DNA of 61,874 bases, filler included, from Candidatus Ancaeobacter aquaticus (GTDB taxonomy: Bacteria > Auribacterota > Ancaeobacteria > Ancaeobacterales > Ancaeobacteraceae): assembly GCA_030765405.1 (NCBI GenBank). It is 5 parts of 5 records of this genome, joined end to end, with 100 filler letters (N's around TTAATTAATTAA, not from the genome) between each part and the next. Parts side by side here need not be neighbours in the genome. Positions count along the whole stretch, not along the records: positions 54,779 to 61,874 come from JAVCCP010000024.1; 4 more parts are not named here. One strand, given 5' to 3'. The notes under the pieces were generated by a model. The model was not told the DNA's origin and searched no databases. It saw only the letters and a list, made by a program, of their open reading frames with translations. This document shows, one piece after another, positions 61,101-61,874 of this stretch (its first letter is position 1; every line of letters begins with the position of its first letter). The translations under genes and the position numbers were made by a program.

Positions 61101-61874
61101 TCTTTATCCCTCGGGGGTCGCTATATAAAATCACCCTCCCAATATCATCCCTATTATACAACTGGACTACCGCGTCCTTCTGGTCGGCTCCCAGATATCT
61201 CGTTACCTTTATTACATTTCCCTTCTTATCGTAGGAAAATCCCGTCATATTTCCCAATGGATCAACTATAGCCGTAGGCAACCCGTAACTGCCCCATAAA
61301 TATTTTGTTATGTCTCCTATCGGATTTATAATCTCTTCTAAATTACCATTCCGGTCATAACTATATTTTGTTACCGCGCCTATTTCATTAACCCGTTCTA
61401 CCAATTTATTTATCCTTTTATTATATTTATACCGCCTTATACCGCCCAATGGGTCTTCTGACTCAATAATGTTTCCAAGGTTGTCATATTTGTATTTCCG
61501 GATGTTTCCGTTTTTATCTCTAAACTCTATTAAATTGCCATCGGCATCGAACTTACTCTGGCTATAATTTCCCAAAGCGTCAATTACCTTCGTTATCTTA
61601 TTGTCTTTGTTGTAATAATATTCTTTCTTCTTTTTGTCCCCTTCATAATACTCTACTTTTCTGGCTTCATCGTTGTATTTGAAGCTGAACAGTCTCTCTC
61701 CTTTTTTGCTGCCCTGTTCTATTACCCTGTGTTTTTTATCATACTTTGTAATTACCTCTACTCCGTCAGAATATGTCTTCTCTATAAGATTGTGTTTTCT
61801 GTCATACTTATATTTTATCTGGCGCCCCATTACATCTGTTACTTTTACCAGATACTTCGCGTAATATTTATTCA
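58192..61874 (-). CDS. Rhs/YD-repeat protein, 5'-partial (frame open to the window edge)
   Basis: Many YD repeats; FTGREFDSATGLYYYRARYYDP..GRF..DP; NNPIRWIDPLG cleavage motif; upstream frame NKYYAKYLVKVTDV is open. Confidence 0.95.
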   Translation of the reverse strand, partial: NKYYAKYLVKVTDVMGRQIKYKYDRKHNLIEKTYSDGVEVITKYDKKHRVIEQGSKKGERLFSFKYNDEARKVEYYEGDKKKKEYYYNKDNKITKVIDALGNYSQSKFDADGNLIEFRDKNGNIRKYKYDNLGNIIESEDPLGGIRRYKYNKRINKLVERVNEIGAVTKYSYDRNGNLEEIINPIGDITKYLWGSYGLPTAIVDPLGNMTGFSYDKKGNVIKVTRYLGADQKDAVVQLYNRDDIGRVILYSDPRGIKTKYKYDQKGRVLEILRKTERGKSIIVRMSYDAFSNVIAIKDIMGNVTEFSYTKGWWRKLSKTTNAVGGKAKNIYDVYGRRIGYINAAGDKTRYKYDPAGRLSAVIMANKSSLEYKYDPEGNLVELTDPRRNKLKYKYDKLNRVIEVTDRNGDKTLKKYDLAGNLIELVDPMGGKESYEYNGINRVTKKINQLGNEISYGYNRMGDLASIGGEGGKISLRYNTAIGKVSEISSGGNDFIRYEYDKSGNRIRILSDDGREINISYDNFNRAKNINAQGKEIEYKYDLNGNITCVSSGKEIKILYEYNKLNKAEQIEYDGKRIALNYDKLGRRIEKTLSNSIVVSYSYDQAGNLIQLEAKDTTNKTIDFFRYVYDASGNRIESESISGKTRYKYDGSNQLTEVEYSNGNREEYFYDGNGNRIKFIRSEKKEGHILKTESRYYFNTLNQMIKEVDKVEGTAGGKKMLYGYSRNGNLVRELCDDKDTVYLYDSGNKLSVVKVNGKEEVQYKYDLFGRRIKKIEGDKTTGYFYDGSNIIMEYDEEGKILSRYIGGKGIDEIFAKVSGDNEEYYIHDGQNSIRAVTDSEGKIVNRFSYSAFGTPRRWPAGTTPRCAFGFTGREFDSATGLYYYRARYYDPKLGRFTQLDPLGMPDGINRYIYARNNPIRWIDPLGLCSTGEGDSFFDWFDDFWSNEAEAAILGGVVLPPSAGQGADPARDTLPNIPSDINLPSISDIIGTIIDIITGFFGEGGNDSADGSGGVQGDAPNSDGSIFGDIFGGDIFLPPDTSGGTVEPSSPPENTPIPPSLPVTIEGPVTEEGPEVYPIDDTSSPRIDEPIYEPPPQDEGVPIEEPTPPMIVEPVPDIPDEQEGVPIDRPSTDDIINKSEKGKGGKEDWNKSDEDKLNRLKRGEEKSDEKIYPKPVSSEKNRDYIYKKVNEINPQQDKYKTKTGRAINNTVKAIGQTMDFADQLRTDK

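Noticed and set aside
1..61874. CRISPR arrays, tRNA or rRNA genes
   Set aside because: No regularly spaced repeat-spacer array and no tRNA or rRNA signatures seen.

Overview
A 61.9-kb AT-rich bacterial scaffold made of five contigs (1-7492, 7593-33122, 33223-40634, 40735-54678, 54779-61874) joined by artificial 100-nt linkers (N44-TTAATTAATTAA-N44), so adjacency across gaps is not evidence. The gene style suggests a PVC/Omnitrophota-like lineage (inference only). The backbone is mostly housekeeping and envelope genes: fbaB, exbBD-tonB, polX, DUF4912-GH57-GT4, gnd and a split transketolase. Almost every contig edge is a mobile-element end: group II intron ends, an unclassified IS and an IS3 fragment. 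Main points: (1) A group II intron apparently specialised for start codons. Its 5' end sits directly after RBS-ATG-A, and its domain VI carries its own Shine-Dalgarno plus ATG, in frame with both downstream host genes. (2) Three very large proteins with export-like N-termini fused to normally cytoplasmic enzyme domains (ART-like/DHH/GDPD/SDR; tandem APH kinases; cyclase-STAND-TPR). (3) A polytopic membrane protein fused to a GH94 phosphorylase. (4) An opine dehydrogenase / 2-oxoacid decarboxylase / P3A H+-ATPase operon. (5) A lone NHLP-type RiPP precursor with a sigma54 promoter. (6) A 180-nt rod-like ncRNA candidate next to an unannotated 32-aa basic peptide. (7) An IS110 structured 3' non-coding region. 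(8) An Rhs protein with a duplicated C-terminal tip plus TPR immunity cassette. All domain calls are from motifs read by eye; no searches were run.
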